A stretch of DNA of 64,000 nt from Raillietiella orientalis. Lineage: Eukaryota. Within the stretch, counting starts at the first letter, position 1. Every line of letters starts with the position of its first letter. The notes under the pieces were generated by a model. That model saw only the letters and a list, made by a program, of their open reading frames with translations, had not been told where the DNA came from and made no database searches. Shown here piece after piece: positions 60,101 to 64,000 of the stretch. Made by a program: the position numbers and the translations under genes. The stretch spans positions 1,612,001 to 1,676,000 of the forward strand of contig JAYWIR010000005.1 of the NCBI GenBank assembly GCA_036172245.1, in the 5' to 3' direction.

Positions 60101-62777
60101 TTCCGCGAGGTCGAAGGCGGGAAAGAGCGGAGAAGAGAGCCTTTCACGAAAATCAGCGTGGGGGGATCTTTCGACTCCCGTCCCACACAGAGAGGGGGAG
60201 GGAGGGGGGGGGAGGGGGAAATCGCTTCGCAAATCACTTCTTTCGCTCGAGTGCGCACGCGGGAACGAACGAACAGGGCGAAGCGAAAAAAAAAAAAAAA
60301 AGAAGGAAACTTCGACGTCCCTGCCTACCACACGCGGGAGGAGGGATCCTCGTCTGGATCCTCGAGGAGCATGCGCAACAATGCGCAAGGTGAGCAACAA
60401 TGCGCGCAGGAGTTGTCGGTGGCCTCAGCCCGGTGGTCGCCGCCTCGTGCAGGGAGAGAGGAGGGGGGGGGGAGCACGCCTTGGCGTCGGCCGCCGCGAC
60501 TGGAGGCGCTGCAGAATCCTGTTTTCGAGTTTCATCTCTTTCAGCGAATGGCTTTTCCACCATCTATCTTGATGGATGTGGACGGCACGTCGGAAATCGA
60601 GCTCTCGCAAGCCCATCTTGCCCACGAGAAAACAGGAAAGGAAATAATAATAGTAATAGTAATGAAGGAAAGAAAGAAAAGAAAAAAAACAGGCGGGTTC
60701 ACTATTTGCAAGGCCTCTCAGTCCGGGAGACGTGACGTTGAGGCGACGTAAAAATAACTCCGCCGTGACGTTGTCGCATTGTTGTCGCCGCCACCTCCCT
60801 CTCCCCCGCTCCCTCCACCTCCACATGTGGCGGCGGGCCCCCTAGGCCTACGCTCTCCCCCCCCTTCGCAATCAGCCATGTGTCTTGGACCAGTGCGTCC
60901 GGCAGAACAAGAAATCGCATCCTCCGTACCGGATCCCCGTTGTACCTCATGATTTTTTTTTCTTTGTGGTTGTTGTGTTACACCGCTACTGTTTTTGTGC
61001 CGTGCACGTGCGTGTGTCTCTGTGTGTCTTTCCCACGTAAACTCGAGTTCTTCGATGAAATCACCTTCCCCCCTCCCCCTCTCCCTCCTTCAAAAAAAAA
61101 AAAACTCGAAGATTCGGTTTAATTCCTGCCCCCGTTCACTACCACCACCGCTGCCGCTGCCGCCGCTCCAAGAAAAGGAAAGAAAAAAAATGGAAGAGCG
61201 AATTTAAGAAAACTAGGGGAGGGGGGGAGGAATTAACGAAGCATCACGGCGACGCGGAAAAAAGATATCTCAGCGAAGCATCATGAAGTTTTCGAAGCGT
61301 TGCGAAGGAAAGGGGATGAGATGATTAATAATGATCCAGCCTCCGCGCAAAGTGACAAGACGCAGGGGAGACTTTCACGTGAAGAGCAAAAAAGATGAAG
61401 AGATGAAGCGTGAAGAGATGACAGGGTATCCACAATGACGGGAGAGATGCGTGTCCGTCCAACTGGTGCTTGAGGGGGGAAAATCCGCCCCGTGAATGGA
61501 GCGGTCCGGTGACGTCGTCGCTCAGCAACCCCCACCTCGGAGGAAGCGGACAGAAGAGCTCGGCGGTGCGACGACGCTCAGAGAAGATTTTTTTTCCGCC
61601 TCTGAAGAGCGCTCTTCTTACCCTTAAGAGAGAGGTGCGTACGACCGCCGCAGGGGGAGTGACACCTAGGCCAATAAATAACGTGTTTTACGGTCCCTGC
61701 CGTAGGTTTTTGCCTTCCCCTGCCTGTGGCATCTTTTCGTCAGGTGCGCTGCCTCGTTCGTCTACTAGGGGCGCAGACTCCGACTACCTTGAACGAGCGA
61801 GCTGGCAAAGAGGGGCATACAGACCAGCCCCGGCGAGGGTCGGGCGGTCCGAAGTCTACTAGGTTGGTGGTTTTCTTTTCCCTTCCCCGTCCCGCGCCCT
61901 TTCCGAGGTAACCTCACGGCCCGCAAGATGCCTCGTGGCCTGCAAGGCCCCAACAGAAAATAAAAATATCTGGCTTCCCCCCCTCCCCCCTATCTTCTTG
62001 TCTTTCCCTCAGAGTCATCAGGAAGAAGGAGAGATCAACCCTGGGATGGGTGGCATGAAAAGGAGAGGGTTGGGCGTCATTCGTGTTCACCCGGGGGGCG
62101 CCCTGCTATGACCGGAAGGAAGGGCTTTATTTTCTTTCCCATCGCAGGTCGGGCACGGGGTGGTGCGGAGAGCTCCGCCCCCACGCGGCACACGAACTCG
62201 CGCGGCAAGGCCTGGCGGAGGAAGAGAGGCGACCTTTCAGGAGCTCCAGGACGGGCGGAGACTCTGGGCGCGCTCTTCCCCTCCGTCGTGGCGCGCGAGC
62301 CGACGGCCTGCGTCTCTCTCAAGGGATCACCGGTTGCCCGCAGAAACCTCCGGATCACGCGGGTCATCATCATCAACGCGTTGACTCTGGAGGCAATGTG
62401 AAAGGTCAGCCCCGCCTCCTTCTAGGACCGCGAGCTCTAGCAGCGCTACCTTGCCCGGAGATCTTGGATGGCCCAGAACAAAGAGGATGCGAGTGAAGAG
62501 CTGTTCCCGTGGCCACCGAAGGCCACGGACCCCCTCCTCTTCCCTCTCCTCCCCCTTTCTGCTCCGGTAGTGATTCGAGTCGCAGGTAAAATTTAAAAAG
62601 AAATGCAGCGTGTCGTGTGGGTCTCTTCTCGTGTTCCCGGGCCTTAGGCAAGAGAGGAGCCATCTCCCTTCTTCCCCAGTCTCCCTCTTCATTTTGGGCA
62701 TCCCGGGCAACGGCATCCTTTCCTCTTCCTCTTTTCGGCCTTCCTTGCCTCCTCCCTGCCCGCGAGGCGCCGTCCAG

Positions 62778-63393
62778 CGCACGCCGGGGGTACGGCGGGA
62801 CTCGGAGCGCGCGAGAAACCTCCGCGCGCTGCTGCCGCTGCGTCCGCGCGCTCGCGCCCGTCGTCGTCCCCTCGTGATTTACGACGCCTTTCATCTCCTG
62901 CCACTCTCCTCTCCACGGGCTGACGCGCGCGCCGCCGCGCGGTTCGGGGTCGCCGCGCGCGCGCGTGCATGTCGCTGTCCCGCCATGCGAAACGTCCAGC
63001 TCCGCGCCGGCTGCAGTCGGCAGGCTGCTGCTGCTGCTGCGTTACGGCGTCTTCGGGGGTGGGCTGCGGCCGTCTCTCGAGAGCTGCACACTTGATGTCG
63101 ACAAGCAGAAGGAGAGAAGGGAGGGAGAGGGGAAGTAGAAGAGGAGGTGCCGGGAAGACTCTCGACGCCCCAGCCGCTGGCCTGCGTCGAAGCTTCGCGA
63201 TCCTGAAGCAGGAAAGGCGAAGCGCAGCACCGTAGAAAACCGTGGGTCATCCCCTTCGTCCAGGAAACCTGGGGGCAAATTCCGCGGAGGTGGCATAACC
63301 GAGCGGGAGCCCGCTCTCCTTCCACCCCTAGCCAATCCCGGCAGTTCGGGGAGGTTGCGCGCGCTCCGAGTCCCGCCGTATCCCTGGCATGCG
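62778..63393. repeat. ~45-bp inverted repeats (62778-62823 and 63350-63393) enclosing ~525 bp; possible MITE
   Basis: CGCACGCCGGGGGTACGGCGGGACTCGGAGCGCGCGAGAAACCTCC matches the reverse complement of GGAGGTTGCGCGCGCTCCGAGTCCCGCCGTATCCCTGGCATGCG. No clear target-site duplication. Confidence 0.75.
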
Positions 63394-64000
63394 TACCCAT
63401 GCCAGTTCACGTGACCGAGCTCCCTGCGCCTTCGACGACGGCTCGTCCGGTCGAGGGCACGAGCACCGGCAGCTGCTCAGGCCCGTGCGGGTCATTCGCG
63501 CGCGCTTGCCCCTTCTTCGCCCGTGTGCGCATCTCATATGAGCCAGACTTGACGCAGCTGCACCCGCACAGCTTGTAACGTTCGCCACGTACGTGAATTT
63601 GGCGCTGCAGGTGACCTGCGTACCGTACTCACTACACATGATTTGACCCCCCCCCCTCATTGCCTTCAGGGGACTCTGTGTCGTACAAAGGCCTGTTCTG
63701 CGCCTGTGGGACATCGTGGATCACCCGGGGACTGCGCACAAGGTGTGCGCAGTACGCGACCCATGCAAGGGTCGCGCGTGTGCGCGCAACCTTTGCACGG
63801 CAGAGTACATGGCCACGAGTGCCCTGCAGCACCAGGAGCGCAGTCGCCTCCTCACCGTAACCTGGGCAGCCGCCGAGGCCAGTGTCGTCCGGCACACCAC
63901 CTCTACCCCCGTAGGCGCTCATCTCGTGTCGTGACCGGCAACCTCTCCCGCTCTGTGAGCGCCTTGCCCTGCTGTGGAATCGCTCGCTGGCAAACGCAGC

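Overview
This is GC-rich, CpG-rich eukaryotic genomic DNA, most likely from an arthropod; it is not prokaryotic. Two genes can be recognised with confidence. The first is a two-exon NET-family (noc/elbow, ZNF503/703-like) zinc-finger repressor gene at 52530-53723 (+). The second is a spliced, divergent REEP1-4-type (TB2/DP1/HVA22) gene at about 11860/12420-14184 (-), whose introns fall at the positions I recall for vertebrate REEP1-4. A 91-aa acidic orphan ORF (10735-11010, +) has a strong Kozak context and a poly(A) signal, and possible exons of a third gene lie at the left edge. The rest looks like a developmental-gene desert: heavily decayed non-LTR retrotransposon remnants and purine/pyrimidine tracts alternate with putative enhancer islands carrying Exd/Hox, Hth/Meis, MEF2, TCF and Su(H)-type motifs. 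Nearly all long six-frame ORFs are GC-content artefacts. The most unusual unexplained structures are a palindrome/hairpin array 2-3 kb upstream of the noc-like gene (including a perfect 48-bp palindrome and a C-UUCG-G hairpin), similar hairpin-dense islands elsewhere, and a ~350-bp inverted repeat. The NET protein also lacks the family's FKPY Groucho motif. I cannot demonstrate a new biological system from the sequence alone; these are leads to test.
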